From NCBI GenBank assembly GCA_016214555.1, contig JACROF010000003.1, positions 64,930-128,929 of the forward strand: a DNA stretch of 64,000 bases, read 5' to 3'. The first letter of the stretch is position 1. Every line of letters begins with the position of its first letter. The position numbers and the translations under genes are program-made. The notes below the pieces were generated by a model. It was not told the origin of the DNA. It saw only the letters and a program-made list of their open reading frames with translations, and ran no database searches. This document shows positions 10,156 through 19,581 of the stretch, in pieces. The stretch is from Candidatus Levyibacteriota bacterium (GTDB lineage: Bacteria > Patescibacteriota > Microgenomatia > Levybacterales > UBA12049).

Positions 10156-10530
10156 ATGCCTAAATCATATAAAGTCCTTATCGTTGAAGACGATAAATTT
10201 ATACTAAAAGCAATTCGCTACAAATTTGAAGAAGCAAAATTTAACGTTAAAACTTCACAAACTGCCGAAGGAGGGTTAACATTGCTTGAAAAATGGACTC
10301 CTAATGCAATTATATTAGATATTTTGCTTCCGGGGATTGATGGATATGCTTTTTTACGAACAGTCAGAAACCACCCCAAATGGAGCACCATCCCTGTTAT
10401 CGTTGCCTCAAATATCAATGAGCCTCCAGATATAGAACCAGGAGAAAATACCGGATACAAAGAGTATATTGTAAAATCTGATCTTGATCTCAATAGTCTT
10501 GTTGAAAAAGTCAAAACACTCGCCAGATAA
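10156..10530 (+). CDS. Stand-alone response-regulator receiver domain (CheY-like)
   Basis: 124 aa. It has the acidic pocket KVLIVEDD, the phospho-acceptor context AIILDILLPGIDG, and a conserved T/K downstream. It lies directly after the kinase. Confidence 0.8.
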   Translation: MPKSYKVLIVEDDKFILKAIRYKFEEAKFNVKTSQTAEGGLTLLEKWTPNAIILDILLPGIDGYAFLRTVRNHPKWSTIPVIVASNINEPPDIEPGENTGYKEYIVKSDLDLNSLVEKVKTLAR

Positions 10531-10546
10531 GATATTCAGATTTCAC

Positions 10547-13114
10547 ATGCCAGCAATACGAGATTTCGCAAGTAATTACACTACTGTTACAACAGGCACA
10601 ACTATCATCATTCCGGTTCCTGCTGTTGTTGAAAACGACCTCATGATCGCAATACTCGTAGCAGACACAGGAACAGGGACATGGTCCTGCACAGGGTGGA
10701 CAGAGCTTTTAAGGCAGACTAACACATCGCAACTTTGCGTTATGTACAGGATAGCAACGTCAAGTGAGCCTGATGACTACACCTTTACGAGAAGTACCTC
10801 AGAAACTTTTAACGGCCGCATAGTTAGTATCCGAGATATCGATACAACCAATCCCTTTGGCAGTACGCCAACATATACTGTTACGAATCAATCATCAGCT
10901 GCAAAATATACACTCCCCCAGGTCACTACCACAGTTGCCAACTCCCTCATATTATATGCAGTCTCAAATTCAGCAGCTGGTGTACCTTCAATAATTGAAG
11001 GGCCAGTAAGTCTTATCGTTGGAGAAGATGGAAGCGCTGAGTCTGGAGGTGTCGCATGGAGCTTTATGCCATCAACTGGTGCAAGTCCAAATAATATAAC
11101 GTGTTCAAACATTTCAAGCGGTGCTGGAGTAAAAGCAGCAATACAAATTGCTGCTCCGTCAGGCGGTGCGACCATCGTGCCAGCATACTGCTCATCTGAC
11201 GCTAGTATTTATATTAATCCCATTCATGGAACAACCGCATATAACTCAGACACAGGACTTGCCGCAACCTGGGACACATTAATTGGAACTTCCCTTAATG
11301 GAATCACACTCGCTGACGCGACTGTCGCTGCCGCAGCCGACGTAGGAATCAACCCCTACCATTCTGCAGGAAGACTAACATCGATATCGGGTAGTAGAAA
11401 TTGGTCTGGAGCAGCGCTTGATTTAGCATCTGGAAATAACGTAAATCTTTCTGGAAAAAATATTCTTGTACATACGGGCCCATCAACTCCTGGGCAAATT
11501 CAAAGATTTGGCGCAGCAGCTTCACAAAAAGGGACAGCAATCGCAATGCAGTCTTCGTCAGGGAATTGGAAGGCATGGCATGTGCATGGGAAAGGAACTC
11601 CTTATGGATACCAAAGAGATGTCCCTTTAATTGTCAATTCTAGTAATACAGGTGGTCTCCTAGAGTCAGCAGGCACATTTGATGCCTCTGCGGTTGATAT
11701 TTTTGGATTTGCTGTGGCAGGAGGAGGAGTATCAACTACAATTTGGGATTTTTATTCCCTTTGGGTACTTGATATCGTCACAATTTGCGGCGGAATAGCA
11801 AGTTCTCCCATAGACGTTCCTGGTATCGTTCTTGCCGCTGCCGACGGACATGAAAGAAAATCAATAGTGCAACAAGGAACAGGACAGGCAATTGTTTTTC
11901 AGCCAATTCAGATCGGAGATGGAGGAACTCACCCAACCTATCTTGACCTTAACGCTACAGCTATCGAATTCCCAAAACAGTATGATCTCACAAGCCTTCA
12001 GGTAAATTATTGCTCTGTTGATAATGTTGCAGGGATAACGTATTATGCAGGCGCTTCTGATACGATTAAGCACCGCAGTTCGGTTATTTCAAGTCCTAAT
12101 AAATATCATTGGGGATTTCATGCCTCAACCTCAACCTCTGCAACGTATGACTTTTCCGGTCTTCAAGTAATTGGTGCTGGAACTATTACTTTAGTAAATA
12201 ATTTATCATTGTCAGGCATAACTTGGTCTGATTGCGACAACTTTTCATCAGCTGGTACATATTTAGATAACTGCACGATTAAAACCACAGTTGCAACATC
12301 CGCTCTTACAGTCTCATCAACTACAAATATGGGCAGGATCACCAACTGCACTTTCAATACTAACAATGATGGCGATATCGGACATTCAATAGAGCTAACT
12401 GCAACAGGTACTCATGCTTTCGATAATATCGCTTTTGCTGGTGGCGGAGTGGCCAAGAGAAGTTTTAATACTACAACCGGGGTTGATGCGGGAACTGACA
12501 TCATTACAGTCGATGCAGCCCATGGGTATGTTGACGGAGATGCTATTTACTACCAAGACCAAGGAGGATCACAAAATATGGGGTTGACTGATGGAACGCT
12601 GTACTATGTAAATGCTCAATCTACGACCACCCTTTCATTCCATACAACAAAAGCAGATGCAATTGCGAACACAAATAAAGTTGCGCTCACTTCAGCTGGT
12701 GGAGAAACACATTCTATCTATTCTGCAAAAGCTGATGTCTACAACAACTCAGGAGGTGCTGTCACAATTAATGTATCAAATGGTGGAACTGTCCCAACTG
12801 TTCGAGAATCAAATGGGTCAAGTACGACGATAAATAATTCTGTAACTCTTGAAATAAACGGGGTCGCCCAAGGCACACGCTGCTATATCGAGGCGGCACT
12901 TGGAGGACCAGAGACATCAGGAACAATCCTCATGAATGAGGAAGCAGACGCACTGGGCATTGCTACCCAAACATATAACTACACATCAAGCCAACCAGTA
13001 AGAATTAGAGCAAGACTCGCAGGCTACATACCCTTTGAAACAACAGGAACTATTGCATCAACAGGCCTTACAATTACTGCTGTTTGGCTAGAAGACTCCA
13101 ACTACACACCGTAA
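10547..13114 (+). CDS. Giant Ser/Thr/Asn-rich protein (about 855 aa), paralog family member 2; no signal peptide
   Basis: Start chosen at the internal ATG giving MPAIRDFASNYTT..., which matches the MPAVRDYTF start of paralog 1. The ORF track begins 21 codons upstream at an alternative start. Conserved blocks are the same as in 4848..8603; the middle is divergent. Confidence 0.65.
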   Translation: MPAIRDFASNYTTVTTGTTIIIPVPAVVENDLMIAILVADTGTGTWSCTGWTELLRQTNTSQLCVMYRIATSSEPDDYTFTRSTSETFNGRIVSIRDIDTTNPFGSTPTYTVTNQSSAAKYTLPQVTTTVANSLILYAVSNSAAGVPSIIEGPVSLIVGEDGSAESGGVAWSFMPSTGASPNNITCSNISSGAGVKAAIQIAAPSGGATIVPAYCSSDASIYINPIHGTTAYNSDTGLAATWDTLIGTSLNGITLADATVAAAADVGINPYHSAGRLTSISGSRNWSGAALDLASGNNVNLSGKNILVHTGPSTPGQIQRFGAAASQKGTAIAMQSSSGNWKAWHVHGKGTPYGYQRDVPLIVNSSNTGGLLESAGTFDASAVDIFGFAVAGGGVSTTIWDFYSLWVLDIVTICGGIASSPIDVPGIVLAAADGHERKSIVQQGTGQAIVFQPIQIGDGGTHPTYLDLNATAIEFPKQYDLTSLQVNYCSVDNVAGITYYAGASDTIKHRSSVISSPNKYHWGFHASTSTSATYDFSGLQVIGAGTITLVNNLSLSGITWSDCDNFSSAGTYLDNCTIKTTVATSALTVSSTTNMGRITNCTFNTNNDGDIGHSIELTATGTHAFDNIAFAGGGVAKRSFNTTTGVDAGTDIITVDAAHGYVDGDAIYYQDQGGSQNMGLTDGTLYYVNAQSTTTLSFHTTKADAIANTNKVALTSAGGETHSIYSAKADVYNNSGGAVTINVSNGGTVPTVRESNGSSTTINNSVTLEINGVAQGTRCYIEAALGGPETSGTILMNEEADALGIATQTYNYTSSQPVRIRARLAGYIPFETTGTIASTGLTITAVWLEDSNYTP

Positions 13115-13300
13115 CTATCTAACAATTGTTCGATTAACTTTTCTTACTAAGAATTGAATAAGACTGTTACCTATTGATACTTTTTACAAGCTTTTGATCT
13201 AGTTTCTATCACTCAATTTTACCTCTCGATTATTTTTATTTTTTTTATTTCAAATTATATAGACACGTGGAGAGTGACAAAGCTAATTTAAAATTGCCCA

Positions 13301-13331
13301 TTGACAAGCTATTACGCATTCATACTAATAT
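13301..13331 (+). promoter_or_regulatory. Candidate sigma70-like promoter (TTGACA, then 19 nt, then TAATAT) in the AT-rich 250-nt spacer upstream of the third giant gene
   Basis: TTGACA at 13301-13306 and TAATAT at 13326-13331. The spacer is longer than the optimal 17 nt, so this is weak. Confidence 0.25.
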
Positions 13332-13366
13332 AGATATGTTAGGTAATTTGGTAATTATTGTAATTT

Positions 13367-16246
13367 ATGGCTGATACGATTTTATCCGGTAGATGGGTTG
13401 TCTATTACGAAGCTGAGAATCGCCAAAAGAGAATTTGGCGTGATACTTCTGTTTCGCCGACGACGACTGACACCGTCAATGCTCTCTACTCTGCTCTGCA
13501 GGGTCATTTTGATGAGCTGGGACAGATGGACGATGGTGTCCCCATGTCTGCACAGACCCCGACTGAGTACACGATCGGCATCATCGACGCAGGAGACACA
13601 GATCCTTGGTTTATTGACAGAACATCAATTGAATACCTCACTGGCGGAGCTCTCAAAACAGCTTCGTGGGACAGAGTTACTTCCAGCAATACAGGCATTG
13701 TACGATTCACCTACACCACAGGCACTGACTTTGATACGACCGATATCGGTAGAGACATCACCAATGCGACAGGCCTAGACTCAGGAACGCTCCTAGACTT
13801 TAATTCAACGGGTGCAACAAAGTATGCGTGGGTACGACCTGACTCAAATGCCGCTGCAAATGACTGGGACTCCACCTCAGGAACGGTTGCTGTATCAAAT
13901 GACTCATTTGCTCAAGTGTGGCAGGTAGACAACACTACCTTTGTAGACCAATCATCTGGAGCAAATGATGCCACCAATGCCAACTGGACTGTTTTCCCTG
14001 CTTCTGAGGATACATCAGATTATGTTGCGATGGGATACAGGCAAAAGTTCAAAAAAGTGATCTTTGATTATGCTAACGGTACTGCAGGAGTTGGAGGAAC
14101 AGTCACATGGCAATACTGGAACGGATCTACCTGGGCTGCTCTGTCTGGTGTATCAGACGGCACAACAGGCTTTACCGCAACAGTAGGTGATGGCAAAGTG
14201 CTTACCTTTACTGTTCCATCAGACTGGGCAGCAACATCACTTAATGGCTCACAAAATCTCTACTATATCAGAGCACTTGTATCTGGTACCTACTCTACCA
14301 ATCCTATTTTGGACCAAGGATTTATCGGGGGAACAGGCTCGGTAACCCAAGCAACAGCCGGAGCATCTGCTGGAGAGTCACTCTGGGCTAACATCTACTC
14401 AATCGGTACTATTGAAGCAAATACACATCTTTATATTCAACAAAATGGCTCAAATCTCACTGCCTACAAAGCCTCAACTGACTGGTGGAGCGATGGGCAT
14501 ATTGACATTTTGGTCAATGTAAAAGAGCTTGGTACCGAGACAGATGAGGGATACATCAAGGTATTTGCCCGCCAGTACTCAAAGACTTATTCCTACTACA
14601 CAGTAGACTTAACTGCCGGAGGACGAAATCCTATCCCGCTTCAGACAGGAAATGATTTGGACAACCAGACCGGCTACAAAACAATAGCATTTGATAACGG
14701 TACTGGAACTCTTGCTGTGGGAGACGTCATCACTGTCAGCGCAACAGCACGAGCAATCGTCACAGCTGTGACTGGTGCAGCATCAGCAACAGGAACATTT
14801 GACTATTATCTTATCGGCGATCCTATTACCGATTTAACAAATAACGAAGCATTTACTTCAACCACAGGCAAAGCAGCAGACATTAACGGCTCATCATCAA
14901 ATGCCGGTCCCGCAGCCCTTGGCTCCCCACCTAGCATTACCTTTGGAGGATTAACAGCAGGTGGAACTGAAGACATTGATGAAAATGGAACTGCTGAAAA
15001 TTATTCAATTACTATTGACTGTAACCAAAACGCCCTAGCAGATGTTTATGAATATACCAAGTATATTACAAGGCGTGGAAACACAGGAGACATCGATGCT
15101 GGCTCACTCACCATCGAGGGACAATTCTATTTAGGAACTGAGTATAGGCTGAAATACACTGGCTCAGTAACTGGAACTATCGTTGACGGCAATACGGTAA
15201 CACAAGAAACATCAGGAGCTACAGGTATCGTTGTTAATCACAACACAACAGACAAAATCATCATGCTTCGCAACACGAGAGGAACCTTTGCTACTCACGC
15301 TAGCACCCATACACTTACTGACAACACAACCGGCGGAACAGTTGAGATTAATTCAGAGGCAACAGCCGTAACACCAGTTGGCGCAGCTCCCTTTGGAACA
15401 TTCGCTGGAGGAACATTCTTCGTCGCTACAGGTATCGTACTCACCGATTATTTGACAGCAGAAGCAAATAATTTCCAGCTCAAAACTGATGAAGGAACTG
15501 TTGTCGAAGCGCCAACCAAAGTCACTATCTCTGTTGGTAACACGAGATCCGGAGACAAAGTTGGAGTATTCCGTCTTTCTGGATCAGGCGGATCAATCAT
15601 CAAAGACAGATACAACGCCACTGTTCAATCAGCCCTCGCAACTACAGCTGTCATGGGCTCCTCAATTGCCGTTGACGAACCAGGAAGAACTGCCGGAGGT
15701 GTCATAAGACTAGTTGATACCTCAGCGAGTGCTGAATACAGAATTAGATTTAGTAGCTGGGCTTCAAGCACATTTACTCTTGCAAGTAGCGACATAGCCT
15801 CAGCTGATTCGGGAACAAATACCACAACTATCGTAGAATCTGGAGCATTCGCCTCTTCAAAAGTCGGAGATCTCGTAGTTAATGTAACGAGAGGAAATGC
15901 TGTTTCATACATTACTGTTATTACTGACAGCAATACCGTGACGATATCTCCTGCAATTACAGGCCAAACAACAGCTGACAACATCAAGCTTAACGTCTTA
16001 CCTGTTGCAACAACCACCTCCCCACAAGACACCTGGTATGTACCTATGATTGATACATACGAAACAACAGGTAGCGCTGGAACACCAGGCACAGAGACCG
16101 CACTTATCACTTATCTTGCTGATATATATGTAAGGGTAAGAGCAAGAAATGCAGGAAATATTATTCCTTATGAAGCTGACTCTACCGTAACAAGTACCGG
16201 TATGAGTAACAGTATCATTAGAACAACTGATACAATATTTACCTAA
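13367..16246 (+). CDS. Giant Ser/Thr/Gly-rich protein (959 aa), paralog family member 3 (more divergent); no signal peptide
   Basis: Shares the block TVTWQYWNGSTWAALSGVSDGTTGF...KVLTFTVPSDWAATSLNGSQNLYYIRA with paralog 1 (WTITWKYWNGSWTTIPGYTDGTTNW...VTFNPPNDWATTTVVSQNIYWVKA). Also shares the C-terminal IYVRVRARNAGNIIPYE block with both other paralogs. Confidence 0.65.
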   Translation: MADTILSGRWVVYYEAENRQKRIWRDTSVSPTTTDTVNALYSALQGHFDELGQMDDGVPMSAQTPTEYTIGIIDAGDTDPWFIDRTSIEYLTGGALKTASWDRVTSSNTGIVRFTYTTGTDFDTTDIGRDITNATGLDSGTLLDFNSTGATKYAWVRPDSNAAANDWDSTSGTVAVSNDSFAQVWQVDNTTFVDQSSGANDATNANWTVFPASEDTSDYVAMGYRQKFKKVIFDYANGTAGVGGTVTWQYWNGSTWAALSGVSDGTTGFTATVGDGKVLTFTVPSDWAATSLNGSQNLYYIRALVSGTYSTNPILDQGFIGGTGSVTQATAGASAGESLWANIYSIGTIEANTHLYIQQNGSNLTAYKASTDWWSDGHIDILVNVKELGTETDEGYIKVFARQYSKTYSYYTVDLTAGGRNPIPLQTGNDLDNQTGYKTIAFDNGTGTLAVGDVITVSATARAIVTAVTGAASATGTFDYYLIGDPITDLTNNEAFTSTTGKAADINGSSSNAGPAALGSPPSITFGGLTAGGTEDIDENGTAENYSITIDCNQNALADVYEYTKYITRRGNTGDIDAGSLTIEGQFYLGTEYRLKYTGSVTGTIVDGNTVTQETSGATGIVVNHNTTDKIIMLRNTRGTFATHASTHTLTDNTTGGTVEINSEATAVTPVGAAPFGTFAGGTFFVATGIVLTDYLTAEANNFQLKTDEGTVVEAPTKVTISVGNTRSGDKVGVFRLSGSGGSIIKDRYNATVQSALATTAVMGSSIAVDEPGRTAGGVIRLVDTSASAEYRIRFSSWASSTFTLASSDIASADSGTNTTTIVESGAFASSKVGDLVVNVTRGNAVSYITVITDSNTVTISPAITGQTTADNIKLNVLPVATTTSPQDTWYVPMIDTYETTGSAGTPGTETALITYLADIYVRVRARNAGNIIPYEADSTVTSTGMSNSIIRTTDTIFT

Positions 16247-16252
16247 TAACGT

Positions 16253-16657
16253 ATGAGATTTGAAATTTCACGATCACTAAACGGTAACAAAGTTACATAC
16301 ATCGCCAGAGATACCAATGGCATTGTAAGACTACGCGCTGACAGTGTTGAGGCACTGCAAGAAGCCATCAAGCAATACAATGATGCGCTACTTGAGCAAT
16401 CTCATGCCAAAAAAACCAAAACGAAAATCGACCTATCAGACAATGAACAGCCACAGACCACAAACGAATCTGACGAAAGCATAGTGACTTCAGTTACCAC
16501 CGTGTCTGAATCGACTCAACCTGAGACTGAGGAAACATCAGACACCTCTGCTGCGCCTGAAGAAAAGAAAGAATTCCTAACAAATGATGCCAAAAAGCAA
16601 ACAGATGAGAGAAGACGAAAAACAAGCTCAAAAAGCTTTTGGGACAAACTAAAATAA
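16253..16657 (+). CDS. Small acidic hypothetical protein with a Glu/Ser/Thr-rich centre and a Lys/Arg-rich C-terminus
   Basis: 134-aa ORF starting 6 nt after the stop of the giant gene, so it is operonic. No recognisable domain. Confidence 0.45.
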   Translation: MRFEISRSLNGNKVTYIARDTNGIVRLRADSVEALQEAIKQYNDALLEQSHAKKTKTKIDLSDNEQPQTTNESDESIVTSVTTVSESTQPETEETSDTSAAPEEKKEFLTNDAKKQTDERRRKTSSKSFWDKLK

Positions 16658-16661
16658 TTAA

Positions 16662-16770
16662 AAAGGCAAAACTCAAAGGTCAAAAGTGAAAGTATAAATC
16701 CAAAAGTTATATACACTTTTTAATTTTGAATTATACTTTTGCCTTTTTAATTTTGACTTTTAACTTACTT
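16662..16770. repeat. AT-rich imperfect palindromic intergenic element
   Basis: The inverted pair AAAAGGCAAAA / TTTTGCCTTTTT and the inner pair AAAGTATAA / TTATACTTT bracket about 60 nt. The right arm contains TTTTGACTTTTAACTT (16751-16766), which is identical to 37-52 at the window start. Confidence 0.4.
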
Positions 16771-16775
16771 AAGGT

Positions 16776-17093
16776 ATGGCAGGCATAACTACAACACCAA
16801 TCACCAGAGAAGAAGCACTTCAGTATGACGCAGAAGCACTTCGGGCTAATTGTGAAAAACGCAAAAATAATATCAAGATCTTTGAGGAGGCTATCGCAAA
16901 AGAACAAGAGTCAATCAAGCAAGACGAGTACATGATCTCTGCTATAGATCCCAATCACCCAGACGTCCAAACGCTTAAGGGTAATATAGAAAAAATAAAG
17001 CTCAACATCAAAACTTTTCAGGACGCCATTACTGAAGAAAACTCCCAGATTGATCGAAATAATCAAATGATCACGATGATCGAAGCCAATTAA
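16776..17093 (+). CDS. Small coiled-coil hypothetical protein
   Basis: 105 aa. Heptad-rich and Glu/Lys/Ile-rich (EEAIAKEQESIKQDE...IEKIKLNIKTFQDAITEEN). No known motif. Confidence 0.45.
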   Translation: MAGITTTPITREEALQYDAEALRANCEKRKNNIKIFEEAIAKEQESIKQDEYMISAIDPNHPDVQTLKGNIEKIKLNIKTFQDAITEENSQIDRNNQMITMIEAN

Positions 17094-17224
17094 AATTTTC
17101 TAATTTCTAAGTACTCTAATTAACCTAAATAAAGTCAAAAGCTGCAATTGACGAAATGAGAATTTAATAATTGGGATTTTTTTAGATCAATTAGAAATTA
17201 GAATAATTAGGTCAATTTTAAGCT

Positions 17225-18529
17225 ATGGCACTAACATTTAATAAAAATACCAAAATTATCACTGTTGGATCACCTCAGACAACCCTGACTATACAGGATC
17301 TTCATGATGATATTAGGCTGTTTGAGCATCTCCCTCAAAATTTGGAGGAGGCGCAAATTGCTAATGCCTCAGGCAAACAAAGCCTTGGTGGTGGTGTTAC
17401 GGTAGGCATCACCCTTGAGCTAATCAACAACTGGAGACTCGCTTTTGAGGCTCGACCAGGACCTGACACTATTCTTTGCAGCGTCACGGGAGGTAATCTA
17501 GTGGCGACAAATGACTATGACAACAACCCAATCTACCCTACTGCCTATACTCAGGTCACAATCGCCCAATCATCATCAGCAACGGTGATCGAAGCGCCAT
17601 CTGATGACCATATGCTTTACCTTTTGGCCTCTCTTCGTGGCAAACAACGAGGTGTTGGAAGTTATTATTACTGGAATCCAACCTCAGGCAGCGACAGCAA
17701 TGATGGCACAACCCCTGGCAAAGCTGTACTGACTTTTGCACAAGCACAATCTCTTGCCTCAGCTGGAACTGGAGACACAATTTTTTGCATAGCCTCCAAC
17801 TCATCTGGAACAACTACTGTTACAGAAACACTTAATATCACAAAAGCCAATCTCAAAATCATGGGCCCAGGCTACACATTCCAACTAGTACCAACCGCAA
17901 CGACATCTCCAACCATCACCATCGCAGCTGCCAACGTTGAAGTGTCAGGACTTTATGTATCAACTGCTGGCACAGGATCACAAGACGCTATTTCAGTTGG
18001 CGCCAACCGTGCTTTTATTGAAGATTGCTGGATAGCAAGCGTTCGTGGTAACGGCATCAATCTCGCAAGCACTGCAAGGACACAGATCAATAGTTGTGTT
18101 ATTGAACACTGCGGCCTATCAGGTACAGGAGATGGTATCAAACTAGGTAACACCACTACGGAAGCACTCATTTCTAAATCAATTGTCTTTGACAATGTTA
18201 ATGGTGTCTCACTTTCTGGTACTGGACTTGCTGACAATATCTTTGAAAACAATCTCATCTATCAAAACACTGGATATGGCATCACTGTTGGAGCAAATGT
18301 TCTTCGAACTCACGTACGCTCTGGGCACACCTTTAATAAAAACACAGCTGGTAGCACTCAAGATCTTGGAACTGATACCTTTATAGAGACACAGGCAGGC
18401 GGAGCATCTGCTTCAGAAATCGCGGATGCAGTCTGGGATGAGGTCATATCAGGTCATATCACCAGTGGCTCTGCAGGAAGAACACTCAAAGACGCAAAGA
18501 CAAGAGCAACGCTCGCCTCTCTGCAATAA
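17225..18529 (+). CDS. Right-handed parallel beta-helix (pectate-lyase/tailspike-like) protein; no signal peptide
   Basis: Repeated PbH1-like rungs: NGINLASTARTQINSCVIEHCGLSGTGDGIKLGNTTTEALISKSIVFDNVNGVSLSGTGLADNIFENNLIYQNTGYGITVG. The C-terminus SEIADAVWDEVISGHITSGSAGRTLKD matches the repeats of 21010..23955. Confidence 0.7.
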   Translation: MALTFNKNTKIITVGSPQTTLTIQDLHDDIRLFEHLPQNLEEAQIANASGKQSLGGGVTVGITLELINNWRLAFEARPGPDTILCSVTGGNLVATNDYDNNPIYPTAYTQVTIAQSSSATVIEAPSDDHMLYLLASLRGKQRGVGSYYYWNPTSGSDSNDGTTPGKAVLTFAQAQSLASAGTGDTIFCIASNSSGTTTVTETLNITKANLKIMGPGYTFQLVPTATTSPTITIAAANVEVSGLYVSTAGTGSQDAISVGANRAFIEDCWIASVRGNGINLASTARTQINSCVIEHCGLSGTGDGIKLGNTTTEALISKSIVFDNVNGVSLSGTGLADNIFENNLIYQNTGYGITVGANVLRTHVRSGHTFNKNTAGSTQDLGTDTFIETQAGGASASEIADAVWDEVISGHITSGSAGRTLKDAKTRATLASLQ

Positions 18530-18593
18530 GATTGAATTATGAAATAAGAAGCAAGAATCATGCGAGCATAATTCGTTATTCAAGATTCATAAT

Positions 18594-19040
18594 TCATTTT
18601 TTTAGAAGTTTCTCTACTCTCACATGCAACTCAATAGCCTCTTCAGTCTTACCGGTAAAAAATAAAACAGAACCTAAATTCCTCAGTGCATCTATGTACT
18701 CTGGCCTTAACTCAATTGCTTTTCTATAGTACTTGATGGCATTACTAAATTCACCCAATTCTGTATAAACATTACCCATATTATTATACGCGGCAGCAAA
18801 ATTAGGCTTTAGCGAAAGTGCGACAGAAAATGCATCCAAGGCCTCTTTGTATTGCTTAAGACACTTCATAGCCACTCCCATATTGATATACACTTTAGGG
18901 TCTTTTGTTCCAATTTTTATAACTTCTTTATAATTTGATATAGATGAAAGATATTCTTTTTTCCTTAAAAAATGGTTTGCAGCGGTGCGATACTGCCTTA
19001 AAAGCTCAGCTTGATTCATAAGGATTATTATAAATTCCAT
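18594..19040 (-). CDS. TPR-repeat protein
   Basis: 148 aa with three or four TPR-like 34-mers (AFSVALSLKPNFAAAYNNMGNVYTELGEFSNAIKYYRKAIELRPEY). Confidence 0.7.
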   Translation of the reverse strand: MEFIIILMNQAELLRQYRTAANHFLRKKEYLSSISNYKEVIKIGTKDPKVYINMGVAMKCLKQYKEALDAFSVALSLKPNFAAAYNNMGNVYTELGEFSNAIKYYRKAIELRPEYIDALRNLGSVLFFTGKTEEAIELHVRVEKLLKK

Positions 19041-19176
19041 TATAAAAAAATGACAAGTCTAAAAATATTACTGTGTCGAACTATTCTCTCCAAATACTAC
19101 TTGCTTTTTGCAAAAAAGATAGGATATGATGGGTTAAGACGTCTTTTGGACGAAGTAAAGGGGGTGAATAAGACAT

Positions 19177-19338
19177 ATGTTTAATAATATTGGTTGGCCA
19201 GAATTTGCAATTGTCGGTTTTATCCTTCTTCTTTTATTTGGAAGCAAAAAAATCGTTGAGCTTGCACGAGGACTCGGTGAATCTACGAAAGAATTAAAGC
19301 GTGCAAAAAATGAATTTTCTAAAGCGAAGGAAGAGTAA
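19177..19338 (+). CDS. tatA: Twin-arginine translocase subunit TatA/E (53 aa), not in the ORF track
   Basis: MFNNIGWPEFAIVGFILLLLFGSKKIVELARGLGESTKELKRA: an N-terminal TM helix, a G-hinge and an amphipathic helix. A strong RBS AAAGGGGGTG lies upstream. Confidence 0.75.
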   Translation: MFNNIGWPEFAIVGFILLLLFGSKKIVELARGLGESTKELKRAKNEFSKAKEE

Positions 19339-19431
19339 TATTATTCTCGCCAGCCATAGAGACCACACTCTCCTCTATGGCTTCTTCGTCTTTATATAAT
19401 TCTGCAAATCTAGTGATAAGGAGGTGGATCT

Positions 19432-19569
19432 ATGTTACAAAATATCGGAACAGTAGAAATTGTTATCGTTGCGTTACTGATAGTCTTGTTCTTTGGCGGC
19501 AGGAAAATTCCTGAGTTTATTCGTGGCATTGCTGAAGCAATTCGTGAATTCAAAAAAAGCAGTAAATAA
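19432..19569 (+). CDS. tatA: TatA/E paralog (45 aa), not in the ORF track
   Basis: MLQNIGTVEIVIVALLIVLFFGGRKIPEFIRGIAEAIREFKK. RBS GGAGGTG upstream. Confidence 0.7.
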   Translation: MLQNIGTVEIVIVALLIVLFFGGRKIPEFIRGIAEAIREFKKSSK

Positions 19570-19581
19570 CGATAAAAATCC

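Noticed and set aside
4848-16246. Apparent richness of N-x-S/T sequons in the giant proteins as evidence for N-glycosylation
   Set aside because: A rough count (about 22 sequons in 1251 aa) is close to what the high Asn, Ser and Thr content predicts by chance, so it is not independent evidence. The glycosylation hypothesis rests only on gene neighbourhood.
4848-18529. Interpretation of the giant-protein locus as a prophage
   Set aside because: No capsid, portal, terminase, tape-measure, sheath, tube, lysin or integrase genes occur within at least 20 kb downstream, or upstream to the window edge. A two-component system is embedded and housekeeping genes (tat, sugar metabolism) follow directly. 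A fibre or tailspike-like fold alone is not sufficient.
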